A stretch of DNA of 32,000 nt from Gemmata obscuriglobus. GTDB lineage: Bacteria > Planctomycetota > Planctomycetia > Gemmatales > Gemmataceae. The DNA is taken from contig NZ_CP042911.1 of NCBI RefSeq assembly GCF_008065095.1, positions 6,210,001 through 6,242,000 of the forward strand, in the 5' to 3' direction. The position numbers were made by a program, and so were the translations under genes. Shown piece after piece: positions 16,694 to 23,919 of the stretch; within the stretch, counting starts at the first letter, position 1, and each line of letters starts with the position of its first letter. The notes under the pieces were generated by a model. The model saw only the letters and a list, made by a program, of their open reading frames with translations, did no database searches and had not been told where the DNA came from.

Positions 16694-17968
16694 ATGTCCG
16701 TTCTGCTGGTCGGCACCCTGGACACCAAAGGGGCCGAGTTCGCTTACGTCCGCGACCGACTCCGCGCCGCCGGGGTACCGGTTATCGTCGCCGACGCTGG
16801 CGTAATCGCTCCTCCGGCGTTCACGGCCGACGTCTCCCGAGAAGACGTGTTCCGCGCCGCCGGTGCGAGTTACGAGTCCGTGAAGGCGGCTGCGGACCGC
16901 GGAAAGGCGATCGAACTTGCGGCGGCGGGAGCGGCCAAGCTCGCGGCGCAACTGCACAAACAGGGGCGGCTGTCCGGGGTGTTCGGAATGGGCGGGTCGG
17001 CGGGAACGACGATCGGCACCGCCGCCATGCGGGCGCTGCCCGTCGGCGTCCCGAAACTGATGGTCAGCACGCTGGCGAGCGGACAGGTGAAACACTACGT
17101 CGGCACCCGCGATGTTATGATGATGCACTCCGTGGTGGACATCGCCGGCTTGAACCGCATCAGCCGGGCTGTACTCGACAACGCCGCCAACGCGATGATC
17201 GGGATGGCGAAGCGACCTACCCCCCCGGCCCCCCTCCCTGAAGGTAAGGGGGAGTCAGGCAAGGAGGACGGAGGAGCCAACTCCTCCGCGGATCGCCCCG
17301 TTATCGCCGCAACGATGTTCGGCGTCACGACGCCGTGCGTGGAGGCCGCGCGAACGGTGCTCGAAGCGGCCGGGTACGAGGTGATCGTGTTCCACGCCAC
17401 CGGCACCGGCGGGCGCACGATGGAAGGGCTCATTCGCGACGGCCTGGTCGCCGGAGTGCTCGACATCACGACGACCGAGCTGGCGGACGAACTCGCCGGC
17501 GGCGTCCTCTCCGCCGGCCCGGAACGGCTCACCGCCGCGGCCATCGCCGGGGTGCCGCAGGTGGTGTCGCTCGGCGCCCTCGACATGGTGAATTTCGGCC
17601 CATACGACACCGTGCCCGAACGGTATCAGCAGCGCCGGCTGCACCGGCACAACCCCACCATCACGCTCATGCGCACCACGCCCGAGGAGATGGACCAGCT
17701 CGGCAAAGTGGTCGCCGAACGGACGAGCGCGTCCAACAGCCCGACGTGCGTGATGGTGCCGCTCCGGGGCGTGTCCGCGATCGACGCGGAGGGAATGCCG
17801 TTCTGGTGGCCCGAAGCCGACGAAGCGCTGTTCCAGAGCTTGCGGAACTGGATCGCACCATACGTTGAATTGACGGAACTGGACCTGCACATCAACGACC
17901 CGGCTTTCGCCGAAGCCTGCGCCCAGAAGCTGTTAGACATGCTGAAGGGCCGCAAAGTGCCGGATTGA
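16694..17968 (+). CDS. UPF0261 / Tm-1-like ATP-binding domain protein (424 aa)
   Basis: MSVLLVGTLDTKGAEFAYVRDRL, GMGGSAGTTIGTAAMRALPVGVPKLMVST, IAATMFGVTTPCV, VFHATGTGGRTME and VSLGALDMVNFG match the UPF0261 pattern. ATG at 16694; the track ORF from 16103 is an off-target upstream extension. Confidence 0.85.
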   Translation: MSVLLVGTLDTKGAEFAYVRDRLRAAGVPVIVADAGVIAPPAFTADVSREDVFRAAGASYESVKAAADRGKAIELAAAGAAKLAAQLHKQGRLSGVFGMGGSAGTTIGTAAMRALPVGVPKLMVSTLASGQVKHYVGTRDVMMMHSVVDIAGLNRISRAVLDNAANAMIGMAKRPTPPAPLPEGKGESGKEDGGANSSADRPVIAATMFGVTTPCVEAARTVLEAAGYEVIVFHATGTGGRTMEGLIRDGLVAGVLDITTTELADELAGGVLSAGPERLTAAAIAGVPQVVSLGALDMVNFGPYDTVPERYQQRRLHRHNPTITLMRTTPEEMDQLGKVVAERTSASNSPTCVMVPLRGVSAIDAEGMPFWWPEADEALFQSLRNWIAPYVELTELDLHINDPAFAEACAQKLLDMLKGRKVPD

Positions 17969-18024
17969 TCGCACGCAGCACCGTGGCCCGGTCATACGGA
18001 AGATAGACCACAGGAGGTGGCGTA

Positions 18025-18393
18025 ATGGCTCTCTTTGCTACGATTCTGAGCCCGTGGCTGAGCCTGTTCGTTCCGAATGCTCCGTACCCCCCGCTGGTGC
18101 GCGGGGTGATCCTCGGGGATTGCGTGTTCGCTTGCGGTACGTGGACCCAATGCGCGCCGGGCGTCTCCCCTTTCGGAGGAGGCAAACTCGTTTTGTTTGA
18201 GGCGCTCCGCCGCAGATGCGGTCGCGCACCAACTCCCGATCCCCATCGGCCTGTTCGGCGGCCCTGCGGACGAGCCGTGGGTTCCGCATCAGTGGTACGC
18301 AAGAGTGCGGCCGTGGGTGCGCAACCCGCCGCTCCGCTGGCACGTGCGGGGGCAGCGGTGTCACGTTCTCAGCATCAACGCGCTTGTCGTTGA
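18025..18393 (+). CDS. Hypothetical ORF; only the first ~58 codons look coding (see the frame-switch finding)
   Basis: ATG at 18025 is preceded by AGGAGG (18012-18017) at 7-nt spacing. The N-terminus MALFATILSPWLSLFVPNAPYPPLVRGVILGDCVFACGTW is protein-like. After ~18200 the frame becomes Arg/Pro/Ala-rich with low GC3. Confidence 0.35.
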   Translation: MALFATILSPWLSLFVPNAPYPPLVRGVILGDCVFACGTWTQCAPGVSPFGGGKLVLFEALRRRCGRAPTPDPHRPVRRPCGRAVGSASVVRKSAAVGAQPAAPLARAGAAVSRSQHQRACR

Positions 18394-18646
18394 CCAGGGC
18401 AAGCCGTTCGGCTGGGACATCATGGTCCGACCGTCGATCTGTTCGTTCGATCTCTTGACGGGGGCGCTGTGGCCGCCCCCGCACACCACCTACTCACAAG
18501 AGAAGGCGGCGGCCCACGCCGTCGCACCATTTTGGGAATCGTACAAGACGTTCGACCGGTGCGAAGAGATAGTGCCAGGAAAACTGCAACACTTTCTGAA
18601 CGCACCGCCGAAGCGGCTGCCGGCCCCCCCCGGCCGGGGTTCTTAG
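18197..18646 (+). CDS. Hypothetical protein (149 aa from a TTG start), or the C-terminal part of a frameshifted gene starting at 18025
   Basis: Third-position G/C is clearly highest in this frame from ~18200 to 18646. The sequence is protein-like (HVLSINALVVDQGKPFGWDIMVRPSICSFDLLTGALWPPPHTTYSQEK...). This frame is closed by a TGA at 18107-18109, and the only start candidate is the TTG at 18197. Confidence 0.5.
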   Translation: MRRSAADAVAHQLPIPIGLFGGPADEPWVPHQWYARVRPWVRNPPLRWHVRGQRCHVLSINALVVDQGKPFGWDIMVRPSICSFDLLTGALWPPPHTTYSQEKAAAHAVAPFWESYKTFDRCEEIVPGKLQHFLNAPPKRLPAPPGRGS

Positions 18647-18657
18647 TCAAGCGGATC

Positions 18658-19182
18658 ATGCCGGGGTGGCAACCGTTCTACCCGTTCGACTTCCTGCCTC
18701 TCTCGGATTTGGTCATTGAGGCGTACGTCCTGTTCCCTGGTGGGTGGCTACGGCCGTACACGTGGGAGAAGGCGAGCGATCATCACGGAGCGGTGGCGAC
18801 CCTTCACCCGGCCCTGCGGGTAGACTGGTCGGAGCCGTTCCATGTTGTCGCCGACGGACAGCGGCGATTCGTCATTACGGAATCGGGGCGAATGTTCTCA
18901 ATCCCAGTCGGTGCGAAGGAGGGAAGCCCACTGGAGCGGGTCCGGACGGACGAACCGGTACGGGCCCTTATTTCCGACCCGGCCACCGGGAGGTCATTCG
19001 CGTTCACGGCAAACACTGTGTTTGAGGTCGGGGAGACGATTGCCCCTCGTCCGCACAAGCTCGGGTCGCTCGACGCGCGGACCGGCGACGACGTGATTGC
19101 GACGGCGGCCCGTTGCGCACGTGTCATCCGTGCTTTTCCACTTCCAACCGTGCCTCCGCCACGCGAGCGAACAAGTTATTGA
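18658..19182 (+). CDS. Hypothetical protein (174 aa)
   Basis: ATG at 18658, 12 nt after the previous stop. It gives MPGWQPFYPFDFLPLSDLVIEAYVLFPGGW..., with protein-like composition. No family recognised. Confidence 0.55.
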   Translation: MPGWQPFYPFDFLPLSDLVIEAYVLFPGGWLRPYTWEKASDHHGAVATLHPALRVDWSEPFHVVADGQRRFVITESGRMFSIPVGAKEGSPLERVRTDEPVRALISDPATGRSFAFTANTVFEVGETIAPRPHKLGSLDARTGDDVIATAARCARVIRAFPLPTVPPPRERTSY

Positions 19183-19246
19183 GCGACAAGGCGACGTGTT
19201 CAAAGCCGCCGTTTAAAACCTGCGCCGCGATTCCAAAATCAGACGG

Positions 19247-19672
19247 TCACTCGGCGGGCAACTTTTTGCCGTGGAAGCTCGTGATCCCGTCACGACGGAG
19301 CGTTACGGCCCGGTAGCGGAACCCCGGGCGTTCTTCCTTATCGCCGACGAGTTCGGTCGTGAGGTTGCCGTCCTTCACGTCGTTGAGGAACTTGAACCCG
19401 GCGCCGCGCCAGGTGCCGACGAGGAGGATCTCTTTCGAGAAATCGACCTTCGGCGGGTCCTTGATGCCCCACGCGGCGGCCAACCGCTCCCACTCCCGTT
19501 GCGACAGAATCACACTCGTGCCCATCACCGCCTTCTGCTGATCGAGGTCGGCGATGGAACTGGACAGGTTCACGGTCTCGGTCGTTTTGGGCTCTTCGGC
19601 GGTGGCACGCGATAGCGAGGCACACCCAACGCCGAGCGCCGCCAGTGCAACGGTCGTAATCAAGCGGTTCAT
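19247..19672 (-). CDS. Small secreted protein or lipoprotein (141 aa), unknown function
   Basis: ATG at 19672 with GGGGAG upstream. MNRLITTVALAALGVGCASLS is a signal peptide with a possible lipobox Cys. The track ORF extends to 19903, but that extension looks non-coding. Confidence 0.6.
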   Translation of the reverse strand: MNRLITTVALAALGVGCASLSRATAEEPKTTETVNLSSSIADLDQQKAVMGTSVILSQREWERLAAAWGIKDPPKVDFSKEILLVGTWRGAGFKFLNDVKDGNLTTELVGDKEERPGFRYRAVTLRRDGITSFHGKKLPAE

Positions 19673-19901
19673 GTTCGGAACTCCCCGGTTACGGATCTGG
19701 GCGCGGGTGCGCCCACTCCGGTAACGGAGACGCACTTTTCGGGCCGACATCGGCGGCTCGGTTCGCGCCGGCCGGATGTCCGTACTGGGGGTTCGAATGG
19801 TGCCGCTTTCCCCAAAGTCGGGCGTGGGAGGAGTCGCTAATGCCGGGCCGCCGGCCCCACTCCCCGCCGCTCTCAACAGAGCAATCTGCGAAATGGGAAT
19901 C

Positions 19902-19910
19902 ATTATATCA
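19902..19910 (-). promoter_or_regulatory. Extended -10 promoter candidate (TGATATAAT) inside an AT-rich island; a second TATAAT lies at 19924-19929
   Basis: The reverse complement of 19902-19910 reads TGATATAAT (TGnTATAAT). The reverse complement of 19924-19929 reads TATAAT. Both point toward the 19672 gene. Confidence 0.3.
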
Positions 19911-20163
19911 ATATTACATTCGTATTATATCTAATTTGATAATGTCTTGAAATTTGTATGCCCTCTCTCCGCCCGGGGCCGGTGAGCGGCGGCGCGCCCC
20001 GAGACCTGACGCGTTGCGCGCAGGCCCCAAATCGTGCGCCACACGCGAACCCGGGCGCTAGCCGCACGAAACGCGTGTTAACGCGCTGAAACCCTACGAA
20101 AACAAGTGCTTTCGCCGGCGCGGCGCGTGCCGCCCGGCGCGCCTGAATGGCCCGGCGCGGGCG

Positions 20164-20220
20164 GTTCACACCGGGCCGGCAAAAGTCACCACCGGGCGCA
20201 GCGCGGCGTTCACCCCGGGC
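20164..20220 (+). repeat. Three imperfect direct repeats G(T)TCAC(A/C)(A)CCGGGC spaced ~22 bp apart
   Basis: GTTCACACCGGGC (20164-20176), GTCACCACCGGGC (20185-20197) and GTTCACCCCGGGC (20208-20220), located 130-190 nt upstream of the protease start. Confidence 0.5.
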
Positions 20221-20351
20221 GCGCGGTTTTCGTGTGATGCACGATTGTTAGTCCTTTTCGTCACTCCGCACGGCGCGCGTTCCGAACGCGCCGTACACAC
20301 CTGTTGAAAATGGTCCGGCCGGTGGGCGGACCGGTTCAACAGGGAACCGAC

Positions 20352-22523
20352 ATGGGCTTATCGCACCGCTCGACCGTCGCTCGCGCACGCCTCAGTATTG
20401 AGCACCTGGAAGACCGGCTCACACCGGCCGCCACGAGCCCGACCCTGGACCTGCCCCGACTGGTGGCGACCGGCGCCGTCGCCGCGGACCGGGTCACGGT
20501 GGTGCTCGACCAGGGCACGAGCGCGGCCGCGCTCGCACGGGCGCCGTTCGCCCGCGGGGTCGAATCGCTCGGGTTCGGGATCTACAGCGTCACCCTCACC
20601 CCGGGCACCGACCTGGGCGGCGCGCTGGCCTACTACGGTGCGACCGCCGGCGTGACCGTGGCCGCGCCGGACGAGCTCGTCCGGGTGGACGGGGTGCCGA
20701 ACGACCCGACTTACGGCTCCCTGTACGGGATGACGAAGATCAGCGCCCCGGCCGCATGGGACGTGACCACGGGCAACCGCAGCTTCGTGGTGGCGGTGAT
20801 CGACAGCGGCGTGGACTACACCCACCCGGACCTGGCCGCGAACATCTGGACCAACGCGGGGGAGATCCCGGGCAACGGGGTCGACGACGACGGCAACGGG
20901 TACGTGGACGACGTGCACGGGTGGGACTTCGCGAACAACGACAACGACCCGATGGACGACAACAACCACGGCACCCACGTGGCCGGCACCATCGGCGCGA
21001 GTGGGAACAACGGGATCGGCGTCGCCGGCGTGAACTGGGCGGTGCAGATCATGCCGCTCAAGTTCCTCGGGGCCTCCGGGGGCGGCTACACCAGCAACGC
21101 GATCCGCGCACTGGATTACGCCGTGCGAATGGGGGTGAAGGTGTCGAACAACAGTTGGGGCGGGGGCGCGTACACCGCCGCGATGGCCGCCGCGATCGGC
21201 CGGGCGCGGGGCGCCGGACACATCTTCGTCGCCGCCGCCGGGAACGAAGCCAAGAACATCGACACGAACCCCAGCTACCCGGCCAGTTACATCCGGAGCT
21301 ACGACAACGTGGTTACGGTCGCGGCCACCGACAGCAGCGACCGGCTCGCCAACTTCTCGAACTACGGGGCCGGGTCGGTCACCCTGGCGGCCCCGGGGGT
21401 CGGCATCTACAGCACCACCCCGAACAACACGTACAGCAGCTTCAGCGGGACCTCAATGGCGACCCCGCACGTCACCGGGGCCATCGCGCTGTACTGGAGC
21501 GCGAACCCGGGGCTGACGTACCAGCAGGTCATCAGCCAGTTGAAGAGCGCCGTCGACCCGGTCGCGGGCCTGAGCGGAAAGGTCGCAACCGCGGGCCGGC
21601 TGAACGTCGCGAAGATGTTCGGGCTCGCCCCCCCGGCCCCGGGGGGCACGACCCCGACGCCTCAGCCGACGGTCGCGCCGCCCGTGGTGGTCGGCGCTCC
21701 GGTCGGCACGGAACTGGTCCGCGTGCTCGGCGAAGGTGGCGTCACGAAACTCGTACTCGACCCGCACCCGGGGTTCGTCGGGGGGGTCGCCGCCGCCGCC
21801 GGGGACGTGACCGGTGACGGGGTCGCCGATGTGGTCACCGCCGCGACTTACGGCGGGCACGTCAAGGCGTTCGACGGCGTAACGGGGGCCGAGATCCGCA
21901 GCTTCTACGGGTTCGCCGGGTACCAGGGGCCGATCAGCCTCGCGGTCGGGGATCTGAACGGGGACGGCGTCGGCGACCTCATCGTCGCGGCCAACCTGAA
22001 CGGGCACGTCAAGGTGTTCGACGGCAAGACCGGGGAACTGACCTTCAGCGTGCTGGTGTACAACGGCTACTTCGGGTCGATCGCGGTGTCGGCGGCCGAT
22101 TTGGACGGGGACGGGCGCAACGAACTGGTGACCGCCGCGGACGGCGGGGCCGGGGTCCACGTGAAGGCGTTCACCGCCGGCACGATGGTGGTGCGCGACT
22201 CGTTCCTGGCCACCGCCCCGGGAACGGGCACCGGGTTCAGCGTTTCGGCCGGCGACATCGACGGGGACGGGATCGCGGAACTGCTGGTGTCGCAAGGGGC
22301 GCGGGTGCGGGTGCTGGACGCGCGAACCAAGGCCGCACGGGCCGACTTCTTCGCGTTCGAGCCGGGCACCACGGACCGGGTGACCGTGCAAGCCGGGCGG
22401 TACGACTCCCCGGACCGCGCCGACGTGGTTGCCGTCCGCGAGGTCGGGGCACGCGCCCTGGTGAGCGTGTTCCGCGGAACGAACTTCGCCGCGCTGGATT
22501 CATTCTTCGCCGGCACCCGCTGA
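20352..22523 (+). CDS. Secreted S8 (subtilisin-family) serine protease with C-terminal FG-GAP/VCBS repeats
   Basis: Catalytic triad motifs VAVIDSGVDYTHPDL, HGTHVAGTIGA and GTSMATPHVTGA. The C-terminal ~270 aa carries repeated GDxxGDGxxDxV units (GDVTGDGVADVV, GDLNGDGVGDLIV, ADLDGDGRNELV, GDIDGDGIAELLV). The start could be ATG 20352 (preferred, AGGGA upstream), ATG 20310 or TTG 20304. Confidence 0.9.
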   Translation: MGLSHRSTVARARLSIEHLEDRLTPAATSPTLDLPRLVATGAVAADRVTVVLDQGTSAAALARAPFARGVESLGFGIYSVTLTPGTDLGGALAYYGATAGVTVAAPDELVRVDGVPNDPTYGSLYGMTKISAPAAWDVTTGNRSFVVAVIDSGVDYTHPDLAANIWTNAGEIPGNGVDDDGNGYVDDVHGWDFANNDNDPMDDNNHGTHVAGTIGASGNNGIGVAGVNWAVQIMPLKFLGASGGGYTSNAIRALDYAVRMGVKVSNNSWGGGAYTAAMAAAIGRARGAGHIFVAAAGNEAKNIDTNPSYPASYIRSYDNVVTVAATDSSDRLANFSNYGAGSVTLAAPGVGIYSTTPNNTYSSFSGTSMATPHVTGAIALYWSANPGLTYQQVISQLKSAVDPVAGLSGKVATAGRLNVAKMFGLAPPAPGGTTPTPQPTVAPPVVVGAPVGTELVRVLGEGGVTKLVLDPHPGFVGGVAAAAGDVTGDGVADVVTAATYGGHVKAFDGVTGAEIRSFYGFAGYQGPISLAVGDLNGDGVGDLIVAANLNGHVKVFDGKTGELTFSVLVYNGYFGSIAVSAADLDGDGRNELVTAADGGAGVHVKAFTAGTMVVRDSFLATAPGTGTGFSVSAGDIDGDGIAELLVSQGARVRVLDARTKAARADFFAFEPGTTDRVTVQAGRYDSPDRADVVAVREVGARALVSVFRGTNFAALDSFFAGTR

Positions 22524-22595
22524 TCGTTGAGTGCGGTCTAGTTCCTGGTAGCAGAGCCGCCGCGTGACCGCGTCGGGGGGCGTTCACTCACATAA

Positions 22596-23893
22596 GGGAC
22601 TCGGCAAAAAATAACTATCCCAAGTCTCGTATCGTAGGATGACCTTCTCGGTGGTACCCGCAGGAGGTCGCTGTGATTCCGTTCGGCGAGACACTCACGC
22701 CCGCGTTGATCGAGGCGGCGAACGATCTGCGCGGGGCGCAACGACGGTTGTTCATGGCCCGGGTGGTGCGTGCGTTGGGTCCCGGCGGTCAACGCCGAGC
22801 CGAAGAGGCGTTCGGGTGGAACCGGGTCACCATCCGCAAGGGCATGCGGGAACTGAACTCGGGCGTCGTGGCCCGCGACGCGTTCTCGGCGCGAGGCCGG
22901 CACCGTGCCGAGGACCGATTGCCCGACATCCGGGACCTCGTCACCAGCCAGAGCCAGGCGGACCCGCGGTTCCGCACCCTGCGCCTGTATACCCGGCTGA
23001 CGGCCGAAGAAGTGCGGCGTCAGCTGGTCGCCACGAAGGGGTACCGCGCGGACCAGTTGCCCCAGGCGCGAACCCTCCGCACCAAGCTCAACGACCTCGG
23101 GTTCCACCCGACCAAGGTTCTCAAGTGCGTGCCCAAAAAAAGATCCCCCAGACCGATGCCATCTTCGCACGGCTGAAGGAGATCAACCCGCAGGCCGACG
23201 CTAGTGCCGACACGCTGCGGCTGTCGCTGGACGCGAAAGCCGGTGTTCAGGTGGGGGCGTACTCGCGCAAGGGCAAGAACCGAGTACGAACGAAGGCCGC
23301 GGACCACGACTTCCGGGCCGAAGAGGTCCTGACACCCTACGGGCTGTTGCTGCCGCGTGACAGCGACCTGTGGCTGTACTTCACGACGTCGCGGGTGACG
23401 AGCGATTTCATCGTGGACATCCTGGACCGCTGGTGGGTACAGCACCAGCCGCGCTTCCCGCGGGTCCGGACACTGGTCATCAACCAAGACAACGGGCCGG
23501 AGAACAAAAGCCGGCGAACCCAGTTCCTCAAGAGGATGGTGGCCTTGGCGCGTCAGCGGAGGCGGCTCGTGCGGCTGGCGTATTACCCGCCCTACCACAG
23601 CAAGTACAACCCGATCGAGCACTGCTGGGGGGTACTCGAGAACCACTGGGGCGGAGATCTGTTAGACACCCGCGAAGCGGTCCTCGGGTTCGCCCGGTCG
23701 ATGACCTGGGGCGGCAAGCATCCCACCGTTGAGGTACTGACCGATGCCTACCCGAAGGGCGTCCGCTTGACGAAAAAGGAAATGGCGCAGGTCGAAGACG
23801 AGGTTCATCGGCTGCCGGATCTCAACGATTGGTTCGTGGACATCCCTGGCCACGAACTGCCTCCGTTGGGATAGTTATTTTTTGCCGAGTCCC
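22596..23893 (+). mobile_element. 1298-bp insertion sequence, ISAzo13-like (Rhodopirellula-type DDE transposase), flanked by TAA/TAA
   Basis: Perfect 28-bp terminal inverted repeats GGGACTCGGCAAAAAATAACTATCCCAA (22596-22623, and its reverse complement at 23866-23893). TAA lies immediately outside both ends (22593-22595 and 23894-23896). A DDE transposase is encoded between the repeats. Confidence 0.85.
22673..23874 (+). CDS. IS transposase in two frames: OrfA 22673..23176, and OrfAB (~400 aa) by a -1 shift at the A7 run 23135-23141
   Basis: GTG 22673 has AGGAGG 5 nt upstream. OrfA is MIPFGETLTPALIEAANDLRGAQRRLFMARVV... (HTH-like). Downstream in the -1 frame are KKIPQTDAIFARLK..LSLDAKAGVQVG..LVINQDNGPEN..YYPPYHSKYNPIEHCWGVLENHW (D, D, E candidates). 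The junction is GTG CCC AAA AAA AGA. The TAG stop (23872-23874) lies inside the right IR. Confidence 0.8.
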
Positions 23894-23919
23894 TAACCGG
23901 AAAGTCGAAACGGCTGCGG

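Noticed and set aside
17892-18484. Minus-strand ORFs 17892..18302 and 18038..18484 in the orphan region
   Set aside because: They give Arg-rich low-complexity translations with low third-position GC. The plus-strand frames carry the coding signal.
19787-19800. tRNA T-loop-like GGGGGTTCGAATGG
   Set aside because: There is no complementary T-stem 3' strand, no acceptor or anticodon arms around it on either strand, so it is not a tRNA. A degraded tRNA fragment cannot be proven.
19673-19903. Upstream extension of the small secreted protein ORF to ATG 19903
   Set aside because: The extension has no protein-like character and begins inside the AT-rich island. A signal peptide begins exactly at the internal ATG 19672, which has a GGGGAG upstream.
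20358-22391. Alternative-frame and antisense ORFs within the S8 protease gene (20358..21221 minus, 20756..21817 plus, 21453..22391 minus)
   Set aside because: The annotated frame contains the complete D/H/S catalytic motifs and the FG-GAP repeats. The others are Arg/Gly/His-rich artefacts.
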